Shown piece after piece: positions 13,328-25,114 of a DNA stretch of 64,000 nucleotides (positions are counted from its first letter, which is position 1; every line of letters starts with the position of its first letter). The stretch is from Narcine bancroftii (lineage: Eukaryota). The stretch lies in contig NC_091469.1 of the NCBI RefSeq assembly GCF_036971445.1, positions 158,038,001-158,102,000 of the forward strand. Direction: 5' to 3'. The position numbers were made by a program, and so were the translations under genes. Under the pieces are notes generated by a model, which worked only from the letters and a program-made list of their open reading frames with translations, was not told the origin of the DNA and did no database searches.

Positions 13328-16269
13328 TCAGTACCCCGTCCCCGCCTTCTCTCCGTAACCTTTAATACCCTTATACTGAAGAAATAGATCTAATTCCCTC
13401 TTAAATATATTTAATGAACCTGCCTCTACTGCCCTCTGTGGCAATGAATTCCACAGATTCACCACCCTCTGGGTCAAGAAATTCCTCCTCATCTCGGTCC
13501 TAAATGGTTTGCCTATTATCCTCAAACCATAGCCCTGGGTTCTGGATTTTCCCATCCTTGGAAACATCCCATCTGCATCCATTCTGTCCAGTCCTGCCAG
13601 AATTTTATACGTCTCTATGAGATCCCCTCTCAATCTTCTAAACTCCAGCGAATACAATCCCAATTTGCGCAATCTTTCCTCCTAAGTCATTCCTGCCATT
13701 CCAGGTATCAGCCTGGTGAATCGCCTCTGCACTCCCTCCATTGCAAGAACATCCTTCCTTATATAAGGTGACCAAAACTGCACACAATACTCCAGGTGGG
13801 GTCTCATCAAGGCCCTGTACAGCTGCAGTAAGGTATCCTTGTTCCTAGACTCAAACCCTCTTGATATGAAGGCCAACATACCATTTGCCTTTTTAACCGC
13901 CTGCTGTACCTGCATGCTCGCCTTCAGAGACTGGTGTACAAGTACCCCTAGGTCTCTCTGCACTTCCCCATCTCTTAATCTATTGCCATTCAAATAGTAA
14001 TCTGCCCTCCGGTTTGTATTATCAAAGTGGATAACCTCACATTTATCCACATTGTAGTGCATTTGCCATGTATATGCCCAGTCCCTCAATTTATCCAAAT
14101 CACACTGGAGCTTCCTAACCCCCTCTTCCGTGCACACAACCCCTCCTAGCTTAGTGTCGTCTGCAAATTTGGAGATATTCCATCCAATCCCCTCATCCAG
14201 ATCATTAATGTAAATTGTGAACAGCTGGGGTCCCAGTACAGATCCCTGTGGCACCCCACTGGTCACCGCCTGCCACTCAGAAAACAAGCCATTTATCCCA
14301 ACTCTCTGTCTTCTACCTGCCAGCCAGTTCTCAATCCACATCAATACTTTGCCCCCAATCCCATGAGCCTTCATTTTGTAAGCCAGTCGTTTATGCGGGA
14401 CCTTATCGAAGGCCTTTTGGAAGTCCAGGTACACCACATCCACTGGCTCTCCCCCATCTATTTTACCTGTCACCATCTCAAAGAATTCCAATAGATTTGT
14501 CAAGCACGATTTACCTTTTGTAAATCCATGTTGACTCCGTCCGATCCCTTCTCTGCTAGTCATGTGTTCCGATATTACATCCTTAATAATGGATTCCATC
14601 ATTTTGCCCACTACTGATGTAAGCCTCACCGGCCTATAATTCCCCACTTTTTCTCTAACCCCTTTTTAATAGTGGGGTAACATTAGCTACCCTCCAATCC
14701 ATGGGTACTGATCCTGAGTCTATCGAGTTCTGGAAAATAATTCTTAAAGCATCTGCTATCTGAATGGCCACTTCCTTGAGTACCCTAGGATGTAGATTAT
14801 CAGGCCCTTGGGATTTATCTGCCTTCAATCCCATCAATTTCCCCAAAACCATGTCCTTAGAGATACTGATTTCTTTCAGTTCCTCCCTTGCATTAGTCTC
14901 TATGTTTCCCAACATCGTTGGGAGGTTATTTGTATCCTCTCTTGTAAAAACTGAACTAAAGTAGGAATTTAATTGGTCTGCCATTTCCTTATTCCCCATT
15001 ATATATTCCCCTGATTCCGACTGCAAGGGACCTACTCTGGATTTCACCAATCTTTTCCTCTTGACATATTTATAAAAGCTTTTGCAGTCGGTTTTTATAT
15101 TTGCTGCGAGCTTACTTTCGTAATTTATTTTTGCTCTCTTGATTAATCCCTTTGACCTCCTTTGGTGCATCTTGAACTGTCCAGTCTTCGGTTGTGGTAC
15201 TTTTTTTGGCCAATTGATATACTCTCTCTTAGGACCTAATGCTGTCTCTAATTTCCCTTGTTATCCACGGTTGAGTCACCTTTTTTGGTTTATTTTTATG
15301 CCAAACCGGTAGAAACGATTTTTGCAATTTCTCCATTAGATCTGTGAATGCTTTCCATTGTCTATCCACAGTCAACTCCCCCATAAACACCACCCAATTA
15401 ATCTTACTCAACTCCCGTCTCATACCATCATAATTCCCTTTATTTAAATTCAGGACCTTAGTCTCGGGTTTAATTTCATCACTCTCCATGTCGAGTGAGA
15501 ATTCGATCATATTGTGATCGCTCCGACCCAAAGGGCCTCGCACAACAAGATTGTTGATTAGTCCCTTATCATTGCATAATACCCAGTCTAAAATGGCCTG
15601 CTCCCGAGTTGGTTCCTTGACATATTGGTCTAGATAACCGTCCCGTAAACATTCAAGGAATTCCTCCTCCTCAGTATTTTTACCAATTTGACTAGTCCAA
15701 TCTATATGCAAATTAAAGTCTCCCATGTTGACAGCTGTTCCCTTATTGCAAGCTTTTCTAATTTCTCTTTTAGTGCCTTCCCTCACCTCTACACTACTAT
15801 TTGGAGGCCTATATACCACCCCCACTAACGTTTTCCGCCCCTTGCTATTCCTCAGTTCTACCCATATAGATTCCGCATCTTCCGAGGTGATATCCTTTCT
15901 GTCAATCGTGTCGGTCCCTTCTCTCACCATCAATACTAACCCACCCCCTTTTCTTTCTTGCCGACCCCTCCTAAGTATCGTATACCCCGGGAAGTTAAGT
16001 TCCCAGGCTTGCCCACCCTGCAGCCATGTTTCTGTAATCCCAATCAAATCATATTTGTTTGTCTCAATTTCCACAGCTAATTCATCAACCTTGTTCCGAA
16101 TGCTTCTTGCATTAAGATATAAAGCCTTCAGATTTGCTTTTTTCACCCTCCTTGCTCTTTCTGATTTTTTACTTTCGCTGCCTAACCTAACTTTTCCTCT
16201 TTTATCTTTCCTGTCCTTTGCCCTATCATACAGGTTCCCACCCCCCTGCCAAATTAGTTTAAACCGCAC
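13328..16269 (-). pseudogene. CR1 ORF2 (APE endonuclease + RT), frameshifted into 4 ORFs
   Basis: YLNARS, GITETW, VYRPP, GDFN, SDH; NYRPV.LTS, YLDFQKAFD, GVPQGSVLGP, KFADD. Confidence 0.93.
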
Positions 16270-16958
16270 CCGATGGTTGTACCAAACCTACCTGCCAATA
16301 TATTGACCCCTTTTGGGTTTAGGTGTAACCCATCCTTCTTGTAGAGGTCATGCCTTCCCCAAAAGAGATCCCAATGATCCAATAAGCCAAAACCCTGTCC
16401 TTTACACCAGCCCCTCAGCCACACATTCATTTTTCTTAACCTTCCATTTTTGTCCTCAGCTGCACTTGGCACAGGTAGCAAACCAGAGATCACCACCCTG
16501 GCTGTCCTGTTTCTTAGTTTCTGTCCTAGCTCTCTGTAATCCTTTTTCAGTACTTCCTCCTCCTTTTTATCTATGTCATTGGTACCCACATGTACCAAGA
16601 CATCAGGCTGTTCACCTTCCCCTTTTAGAATACCCTGGACCCGATTTGAGATATCCCACACCCTTGCACCAGGGAGGCAGCACACCATGCGAGCACATCT
16701 ATCTGGCTCACAGAATCTCCTGTCTGTATTTCTGACAATGGAGTCCCCAATGACCACTGCATTCCTCTTTACCTTTTGGTCCACCATGCCAGGCTCAGTG
16801 CCAGCGACCTGGTCACTGCTGCCAGCTTCTGTCAGGTCATCTCCCTCAACAGCATCCAACAAAATATACCTGTCACTGAGAGGGATAGTCACAGGTGTGC
16901 TCTCCATTTTCCTGGTATTTTTCTTCCTTCCCCCGACAGTTACCCCCTTACCTGACAC
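16254..16958 (-). CDS. CR1 ORF1 SGNH/GDSL esterase-like domain (5' part missing)
   Basis: Block I VIGDS, block III VHVGTND and block V DGLHLN are all present in an open 234-aa frame. Confidence 0.85.
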   Translation of the reverse strand: MSGKGVTVGGRKKNTRKMESTPVTIPLSDRYILLDAVEGDDLTEAGSSDQVAGTEPGMVDQKVKRNAVVIGDSIVRNTDRRFCEPDRCARMVCCLPGARVWDISNRVQGILKGEGEQPDVLVHVGTNDIDKKEEEVLKKDYRELGQKLRNRTARVVISGLLPVPSAAEDKNGRLRKMNVWLRGWCKGQGFGLLDHWDLFWGRHDLYKKDGLHLNPKGVNILAGRFGTTIGCGLN

Positions 16959-17040
16959 ATCTGGTCTTGGGGTAACTATGTCCCTGGAAGTTGAATCTAT
17001 CAGCTCCTCACTCTCCCTTACCAGCCGTAGGTCCTCAAAA

Positions 17041-17712
17041 TTCTTGTAGGTTTGCAGAGAGAGATTTGTTGTTCCAGGATTTCCACATCTGAGGTACCAC
17101 CATTAGTCACCTCAAGGTCTCGCTGATGAAACTTGCCCCATCAGGGTTCTCCAGTTCTTTCAGGCTACCACAGAGTTCCTTTCTGTTCTGCTTATTCCAA
17201 GAGAAACATCAGACAGATTGCACTTCCAGCCATCTGCCACTCTGGAGCTTCTGTTTCAGTTCCAACAAGCTTCTCCTGGCTTGTTACCACTTTCTGTGTC
17301 TCATACACAAAGACTCCCTTCTGCATCTCTCTCTTACTGAGATTCAAACTGCCAGCCACATGTCCTTCTCTCTCTCACTTGCAAAACCCCCAACCTTTTC
17401 CGGCAAACAATAGGAGTTAGTCTTCTGCTCCCATCTGTTGTTTTAGGTAAACAAATGTATCAAGGAGTCAGCACTTTGCAGAGAGGTCAAAAGCCTTGCA
17501 AAAATGTCCATGGCTCTTCCAAGACAATAGCCTATTCATTTCATGACATCATTTCAATTAGCACTTACTTGTGAAATGTCCATAGTTTCTGTACAGTCAC
17601 TGAATATGAATTCTTCAGTATTTCAAATAAGATGTTTTAAAGTGTGTGTATGTATGTAACCTCTAATTTTACCAATTTATCTCTCAAAAACATTCCCAAA
17701 TATTCCATCACA
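17041..17712. mobile_element. LTR fragment, same family as 5453-6492, cut on the left by CR1
   Basis: Collinear similarity (TTGTTCCAGGA..TCCACA.CTGAGGTAC...AAACTTGCCCC.TCAGGGTTCTCCAG), ending TCACA. Confidence 0.75.
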
Positions 17713-17905
17713 ACTGCTTGAACTGCTGAGTTTCTCCAGCGTCATGTTTTTTACCTTAGCACTCACCTGATGTTAAAACCAGGCCCATCAACACATAATA
17801 AAACCTGGCTACGCCCGAGGATTGAGTAGGAAAACCTCCTACCTGTTCCAATGTTCTTCTACCATTGTTCTAATATTTATTTTCGCTCCCCCTCACCCCC
17901 TGCAG

Positions 17906-18290
17906 GGTTTTCCACCGACGGCTGGACTATGTCTGGTGCTGATGAGGATATCAGCAGTTGAAGGAGCTTCTGTTGTGTTGCCATTTGCTTTTACCCACCC
18001 GCCCAAAGCGTGGACCCTCGCCGGTACCGTGATGTGGTACAGGAGCAAACCAGGAGCTGATCAACTTTTGTTTAACTGTACGTACCCCGACTTTGGTTGA
18101 TCCCGATGCGAACAAGCCACCCCAGAGACCGGAGGGGTTCAGTTCATATTCGTGGGGAACCTGAGCTGGAGAGATGCCTCAGTCATGGTAAATCATCTGC
18201 GCCGGGAGGATGAAGCTCAGTATTTGTGCAGCTTGAAGCTAAACATTGGTGTCTTTCCATCTGTGGTTGAAACGAAACTGATGGTAAGAG
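17906..18290 (+). pseudogene. Ig V-set exon 1 of a Siglec-15-like receptor (disabled)
   Basis: Acceptor ccccctgcag|, donor AGAG|gtgagg (phase 1). Reads GWTMS / VLMRISAVEGASVVLP(F)AFTHP..VMWY..LFNC..*SRC..FVGNLSWRDAS..LRREDEAQYLC..ETKLMVR. Lesions: inferred +1 frameshift near 17934, Phe at the B-strand Cys position, in-frame TGA at 18098-18100. Confidence 0.85.
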
Positions 18291-18866
18291 GTGAGGAACA
18301 ATGTTCAGAGTTGCAGCTGCCCAGAGCACGTGGACCACCTTCTCCACCACTCCCCGCCCGTCCAAAGCCTAGCCTAAGCGTTTTGGGGTAATGCACCCAG
18401 GTTCCTAACCCTGATCCCTCTCCAGTGAATGCCGCTGGACAGTTTTCTCCAGGAAGTGAATGAGATTCTGCTCCCAATTGTACTGACATCCCAGTCAATA
18501 GCCCACATCCCACTAAATTGGCCATGCAATGTCCCAGAATAGGAATGGGGGGAGGGGGGTTTAGCTTTTCACACCTGACCACTCCTAACTGGGACACTGA
18601 ATGCTTAAGACTTGCAAGGAGTCATCCCTAGAGTTGGGACTGCCCTACTTTCTACCAGTGACGTTATGACGCATCAAGCGACGGTGGATCTGCACTAAAC
18701 CCTGATCAATGTATCTTATATTTGAACAAAATAAATCATGTCTAATTACAACATCGTTAAGCTTTATGTACAGCCCAGTATGAGCCCATCAGCCCCTGTT
18801 GTTGATGTGCCGACCTATATAAACCTTTATAAAGGGACCGTGGGAAAGTGCTAACAATCAATAGTA

Positions 18867-19067
18867 ATAGTGGACCATATTTAAACAGCGTAGGAAAATT
18901 TGTAGCGCTATAGCACACAATTTACAAATACCATGGGAAAAAGCAGTGGCGGACCTGTCCTCCCAGAATTCACTGCTGTATGCCCAGCTGCATGCATGGA
19001 GCATTCATAGAGGGGTTTCTCTGCCATGCCACCAATTTTCCCACACTGTTTAAAAATTGTCCGCCAT
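18867..19067. mobile_element. MITE-like element with ~40-bp imperfect terminal inverted repeats
   Basis: Left ATAGTGGACCATATTTAAACAGCGTAGGAAAATT versus reverse-complemented right end ATGGCGGACAATTTTTAAACAGTGTGGGAAAATT; non-coding interior. Confidence 0.55.
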
Positions 19068-19558
19068 GAAGAGAGCCGCATTGAAGAAGTTCAGTGCTCG
19101 ACGTCTTAAAATTCGATAAATCTGACCACCCTGATCAAGTGAATCTTACATGCTCAAGGGAAAAAATTGCAGGAGACCCGTCAGAGACATTCACCGTGCT
19201 ATTGGGCAAGGGTAAGATGCCAGAGACTGGAGGGAGGTAAATGCTTAGTTTCAGAAATGCTGCAAGGACCAGCCAGAGAACGAGAGACAGTCGATCTTCG
19301 CATCAGTCATGAGTACCTTACTGGAGGCGCCTGTGAGATTCAGGATCTACTTGCATTTGAAAAGCTTGGTCAATAATTTCACAACAGTTTGATTGAGTTT
19401 CTTTTTCCCCTGAAGAGGTGACCAAGAACAGTACTGAGGACAGGGCGGTAAATATGAGGGGTTTACAAATTTGATTGTAACATGACTTTAACCTGACAAG
19501 TTGGGTGCTTTTCCACCCGTGTACAGGCCAATTAGTGGGTAGAATTTAAACAAAACTT

Positions 19559-19601
19559 CACAGGTCAACAATCCACCTCGGAGGTGGATTGTTGACCTGT
19601 G
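19559..19601. repeat. Perfect inverted repeat, 21-bp arms with a 1-nt spacer
   Basis: CACAGGTCAACAATCCACCTC-G-GAGGTGGATTGTTGACCTGTG. Confidence 0.95.
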
Positions 19602-19785
19602 TATGAACACCATTTAGCTGCTGCTGGGTCAATCTGCAAGCGATCGATGGCTACCTGACGTCAGCACCTGCGTGAAGTGGTCATTTTCCTTACCCATAAT
19701 ACGATACGATGCCTTTATTGTCATTTAAGACCAGACTGTAAACAGTGGTAAACCAAATAAAATTCCTCTATACTGTAATGCTACC

Positions 19786-20072
19786 TTTTCTTCTTTGGCT
19801 TGGCTTCGCGGACAAATATTTATGGAGGGGTAATGTCCACGTCAGCTGCAGGCTCGTTGGTGGCTGACAAGTCTGATGCGGGACAGGCAGACACGGTTGC
19901 AAGGGAAAATTGGTTGGTTGGGGTTGGGTGTTGGGTTTTTCCTCCTTTGTCTTTTGTCAGTGAGGTGGGCTCTGCGGTCTTCTTCAAAAGAGGTTGCTGC
20001 CCGCCAAACTGTGAGGCGCCAAGATGCACGGTTTGAGGCGATATCACCCCACTGGCGGTGGGCAATGTGGCA
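19786..20072 (-). mobile_element. RTE-clade LINE 3' fragment
   Basis: HRQW...SNRASWRLTVWRAATSFEEDRR...C.RVCLSRI.L.SHQRAC; same family as 59223-59830. Confidence 0.85.
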
Positions 20073-20589
20073 CATCACAAGATTATACAAAAACAACATA
20101 GACAACGCAAGACTACATCATTCCTACATCAGACAACACTATAAAAAATGACACAACACTGGAACACTCCTACCAGAGCGGTTCCAGCAGCATGAGGGAT
20201 TATGGGTAAGAAGGACAGTCATGGCTCCTGCCCCAGCTCCGTTCCCCGCTGGCCTTACAGTGTTTGCCGGCCAGACTGGCAATGTTTTTCTCCCCCCCAC
20301 CCCACCCCCCCAGCCTCGACCCCATTTTCCCAGTCCCAACAGTGCCCCTTCCCCTCCGCCCCTCCCCAATTCCACGCCCACCCTGGCCACTGACCTTTCG
20401 GAGGCAAGCACATCACTCACCGAGTCACCGAAGGAGCGGGAGTGCCCTTAAATAGCCCAGTTGACCAGGCAATTTAGGGTCCAGTGTGTAAGGGGCTGCA
20501 GGGACCCACTACACGGGTAGAATACACGGGTTTTGAGCAGCCCGTTTGTAAACGCCTATTGTCTACATGATATCTACATGAGGTGTTAA

Positions 20590-20955
20590 GATAATGAAAG
20601 GGATAGATAGAGTTGATATGGAAAGGCTTTTCCCATTGAGAGTAGGAGAGATGGATATAAGAGTTCATGGGTTGAGAGTTGACGGGCAAAGGTTTAGGAG
20701 TTACATGAGGGGGAACTTCTTTACTCAGAGAGGGGTTACTGTGTGGAATGGGCTTCCGGGAAAAGTGGTGGAGGCAGGGTCAATTTCGTCATTTAAGAAA
20801 GAGTTGGATAAGTATATGGATGGGAGGGGGATGGAGGAATATGGGCGGAGTGCTGGTAAATGGGATTGGAGGAGGGTACTTGGATCAGTGTGGACTAGAT
20901 GGGCCGTGATGGCCTGTTTCCATGCTGTAATTGTTATATGGTTATATGTTCTTTG
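20590..20955 (+). mobile_element. CR1 3' fragment
   Basis: MKGIDRVDMERLFP...FFTQRGVTVWNGLP...FKKELDKYM plus a CR1 tail. Confidence 0.85.
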
Positions 20956-22711
20956 AGGAAGCCGGCATGGACGGGTGGTCCTAAATATCAGAAGTACACT
21001 ATTGCAAATCAATGTTACTTTATTTACAACCTGGTAGAAGCTGATTCCAGCCTCTGCCGAATTAGACACCATCAACGTGCCAATCCTTACATTTTTGAAA
21101 GGTGAGATGATACGGGTGGACACCGTGTAGATCACAGGGAGAAGATGTATACCCTTTACAGGCAGCGCTGGATTTGAACAGGGGTCGCTGGTGCTGTAAT
21201 AGCAATGGGTTCACTGTGGTGCCCGATAGTTGGCATGAAAATTGATGAGAAGGTTATCTAAGATTTCAGTAGGATTGAGTTGAACAGGACAAATCGGCCA
21301 AGCAATAGCAGATGTAATCTCAGCAGTGAAAGATGTTGTACTTTGGTAGTCAACCCAAGGCAGGACATACTTGGAGAATGGTGTTCTGCTGAACAGAAGC
21401 TTGGGCGTTCATTGGCTTGTAATGAAGTATTCTACTATAAATGTCATTTGTGGAATCGCTGTACACGTTGTCGAGTTGATGTATACGAGGGGAAGTTGAT
21501 GTACCCGCTGTGGAGTCTAGACTGACACCTCCAGGGTTGCAAGCATCATGGCTTCTGTTACGTGGATAGAAAGTGATGTCATCAGTGATGCCATCAGCCC
21601 AGATAAAAACCTGTGTTGGATGCAGGTCAATTTCCCAAGTTTTCCACAGCACGTCCAGCATTTTGGGAGTCAGTTCACTTGCTGGTAAATGGGTCACCAC
21701 AGGCTTATTCTTCCATGATAACGAGGGTATGTTCAGATTGTCCGCCTTCAACAGTCAGGAACAACTCTGTGGCAACTTCACAAGACTGCACTTAAGAATA
21801 TTGCATCCCTATGCTGGCCACATGCGCCTGTACAAGATGTATAATTAACCTGGAATGTGTCGGCAGAAAAGGAAGCAGACAATGTTTCTCAGTCTGGTGG
21901 GGTTGATTATGAGGAGACGTGCAAAAAGGCAGGGGATTTCTCTGTGGATCTTTTAAGGTGGGGGACCTGAAATCATGAGGGGCCTGAATTTCATCAGTGG
22001 TCACAGTCGTTCTTACGGACTGATAGAATCTCCAACTAAAGGGCAGTGGCTTTAAGTGAGAATTTGAAATGGCAGCGAGGAGACAGTTCACACAGAGAGC
22101 CGTGGGATGATGGAACGACAATGTAAGAGACAGAAGGAGAGGCGGGGACAACTGTAATTCTGAAAATGCATTCAGACAGTCACATGGGCAGCAAGGGTTT
22201 CGTGAAATAATGGTCACGTCGAACTGGGTAGACAAAACGGTGGGACAAAAGGCATATTTATGTTCTGTAGAACATGATGATTCGCCGTGACCATAAATAA
22301 GAGAGGAGATCTCTGAGGAGAAGAGTGCCAGTCACCTGGGTAGGCGAACACATCACCACCCAAAGCCCCCACCCCGTTCAATACGCTGCGGCATACATTG
22401 AATAATCTCACTGGTGGACAGAGGCGGGATGTAGAGAGACACAGGTCATTGTCACCCCTCCCCCCTCTCCCATACTATGGGACAGGGTCAAGAGAGTGCC
22501 CCAATGTCAGAAATGCTCTGCCCTGTGCAGTGATCCTGGTTTGGGGACTATTGTTGAATCTATCCTGTGCACATCCTAACCCACCTTCCCGGGATCTTCC
22601 ATGTTATTTTCCCGAAGGGCAACGTCACTATCTAATGCACCGGGAGGAGACTGGATCTAGTCAATTCATTCATTAAATGCTGATCCATTTTGGTGTCTGT
22701 CCTTCCCTCAG

Positions 22712-23104
22712 CTCATGACCACAGGGCATCAATGGTGACTGGGGCAGAGGGAGCATCAGCCACCTTACCCTGTATCTTCTCACAGTCTCCATTTTACACC
22801 ATACACACGGTCACCTGGATGATGAAGGATCCCTACCGACACGTCGTTACATTCAGGCACCAATCTAATGGATCGTGGGCGGCAGAAAGCGGTGCAACTC
22901 GGTACGAGCTCGTTGGGGACCCCGAACAGGGAAATGCCTCAACCCGGATAAACCAGCTGAGTGTGCGAGACAGTCACGGCTACCTGTGCCTGGTGGAGTC
23001 CCAGAAACCAGATGATGTCCCTCATCCATTGGAAATGTATCCTTTTGTGCAGCCCCCATTTATCCATCTGTCCCAGAGAGAGGTTCAGCTGCAGCTCAAC
23101 CCCG
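22712..23104 (+). CDS. Ig V-set exon 2 of the Siglec-15-like receptor (open frame)
   Basis: Acceptor ccttccctcag|, donor CCCG|gtaaga, phase 1-1 and compatible with exon 1. VTGAEGASATLPCIF..VTW..RYELVGDPEQGNAS.RINQLSVRDSHGYLC.VE has the canonical B-Cys, C-Trp, D-x-x-x-Y-x-C pattern. Confidence 0.88.
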
Positions 23105-23239
23105 GTAAGAAACCATTGTCACATTCTCCAGGGTCAGGTGAGGGGCGGAGGGAGGGGAGCTGGTGCGGGATTCCCCATCTCTCAGCATGATCAGACCCCT
23201 CTCTGAGGGGTTAGGTGTCCATTCCGGAGACACCGAAGT

Positions 23240-24045
23240 TTGACCTCAGTTACCACATGGATTGCAACCACCCGCAATCTGGCAGAACAGCACCTCCTCC
23301 TCTGCTGGGCGGCCTCCAACCGGATGGCATTAACCTCAACTTCTCTGGCTTCTGATAACCCCCCCTCTCCCACTTCTTCTCTAGGAGCCTCCCCCCGTGG
23401 AGGAAAATCTGAAAACAAAGGGTTAAGGGTTCGCCCATAAGTTGCAAACTGCTTAAGTGGAGGCAGGGAACCTCAAGGTTGTGATTTATCTGCAGACACG
23501 ATAAGCTTTGGAATTCTGTGAAACAATGATTAAATTATTACCAAATGACATTGATAAACTATTGTCAGGTTGACCGCAACAGGAAGCTCACATGCAGGAA
23601 TGCACTGCCATTTATTGTATATAAACTCTGTTAAAACTGGCTGTGGTCAGAGCAAGCTCAGCTGGGTGCTGGGCCTGCTTTCCAAGATATGCTGCCAATT
23701 AAACTCTTCCGAAGCGTTACCCTGGCGTCAGTAGTTAATCCTTTCTCCGCCACACCCCCACGCCAGCTCTGTCTCTCTCCTTTTTCTCTCCTCCCTTTGC
23801 ACAAAGTCAATTCTCACCTCTCCATTTATCGTATCAAATAAACTCTTTGTGTTGGTCTGGATTCCTCCCCCAGCCGGCACCATCTCTATTCTGAGATTTC
23901 CTGATTTTTTTTTGCTTATACCTTGAAGAAAGGTTCAGTCCCAAATTGTTGGCAATGTATCATTATCTCCTATATGATGCTGCAAGACTGGCTGAGCTCC
24001 TCTGGTATTTCAGTGTGTTTGTTTAACTCTGCAGAGTTTTGTTTC
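23240..24045 (+). mobile_element. Penelope-like element 3' remnant, split by a solo LTR
   Basis: TRNLAEQHLL..GGLQPDGINLNFSGF* resembles the GIY-YIG C-terminus; downstream CTTGAAGAAAGG..CCCAAATTGTT..GCTGAGCTCCTCTGG resembles Penelope 3' repeats. Confidence 0.6.
23396..23754 (+). mobile_element. Small solo LTR
   Basis: (C/T)GTGGAGGAAA...TTTCTCCGCCACA termini, CCCC on both flanks, TATATAAA at ~23618 and ATTAAA at ~23698. Confidence 0.6.
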
Positions 24046-24074
24046 ACGTGGAGTACAGTATGGAGGGGTTGATG

Positions 24075-24240
24075 AAATGTTTAGAGTTAATTTATTCAGT
24101 GCACCTGATCCATCTAACTACACTATGTACCTTTGGATCGTGAGGAAAACCCGGGAAGGAATTGTGCAGGCCACGGGGAGAACGTGCAAACTCCTTGAAG
24201 ACAGCGGCCAACTCATAACAGCGCAGCGACAACCGTGTCA
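24075..24240 (-). mobile_element. Degraded V-SINE-like SINE
   Basis: CACGGGGAGAACGTGCAAACTCCTT..AGACAGCG, the reverse complement of the SINE core. Confidence 0.5.
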
Positions 24241-24391
24241 CCCTGTTCAACCAAGTTCCCAAGCGCCCCTTCAAGCCACCCATGCATCCATTTTAAGATG
24301 TTATGTCAGGTGTAAAACCAGAACATTTTGGATAAGTAGAGTGAAGCAAGATCAGTGAAGATGAATGAAAGGGCAGTTGCCTAGTTACTGG

Positions 24392-24910
24392 TGTTACAGA
24401 GTCCAGAGGACCCCAAAACCCAGCAGCAATAGATATGCACCACAAAAAGGGTTTCTTAAATAAAAGTTGCTTTTAATTATCTTTGAATGTGAAAATAGAA
24501 TCAAACTTTAACTTATTACTATCAACATACTTAACTTACTTAACCCCCCCCCCCCCCTAATTCTAAGCACAGGTGTGTGTAATGTGTATATAAGTGTAGA
24601 AAAGTTATTTGGTTCACAGTCCAATCTCACTGGTTGCAGGCAATTCTTGTACTGTGCACAGAAGTTAGTATTAATAAAGTTCACAAGGCTCTGGCAAACA
24701 GTTACCATTCAGGAGGGTTCTTGTTGGTTTTCAGAGAGAGATTCCTCTTCCAGGACATCCGCAACTGATTCCTTCTCAAACGAAACTTGCCCCCTTCAGG
24801 GTTCTCCAGATGATCCTCCTTCTTTCAGGTCACCTTTCAGAGAGCCAGCCTTCTCCTTTGACCAGACAGTCTTCCAAAAGTTTGCCAGCTTTGTCCTTCT
24901 GGAACTGATT

Positions 24911-24947
<37 letters not shown>

Positions 24948-25114
24948 GACTGCAAAGATCACATGGTCTCCCAGACAAGCTGTATGCTGATACTTTGTTG
25001 TTCTTTTGCAAAAAGCACTCTGCAATTATCCTGCAAAAATTCTGTGTTTTACAATGTGTGTGTGCAACCTGCTCTCACAATTCCTCCCAAACCACCTCTA
25101 AATACTCTGTCACA
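24392..25114. mobile_element. Solo LTR, shorter variant of the 5453-6492 family
   Basis: TGTTACAGAGTCCAGAGGACCCCAAAACCCAGCAGCAAT...ATACTCTGTCACA; no TSD visible. Confidence 0.8.

Larger units (their letters stand above)
13233..17040 (-). mobile_element. Young, 5'-truncated CR1 LINE
   Basis: (ACATAGAA)n tail at 13233-13257, long RT and endonuclease ORFs, esterase ORF1; the 5' end abuts an LTR fragment. Confidence 0.95.

Noticed and set aside
20139-20455. Pro- and Gly-rich ORFs
   Set aside because: Produced by a C-rich low-complexity tract; no splice or homology support.
17906-23200. V exons as rearranging Ig/TCR segments
   Set aside because: Each exon includes its own G-strand and ends in a splice donor; no heptamer/nonamer RSS seen at the 3' ends.
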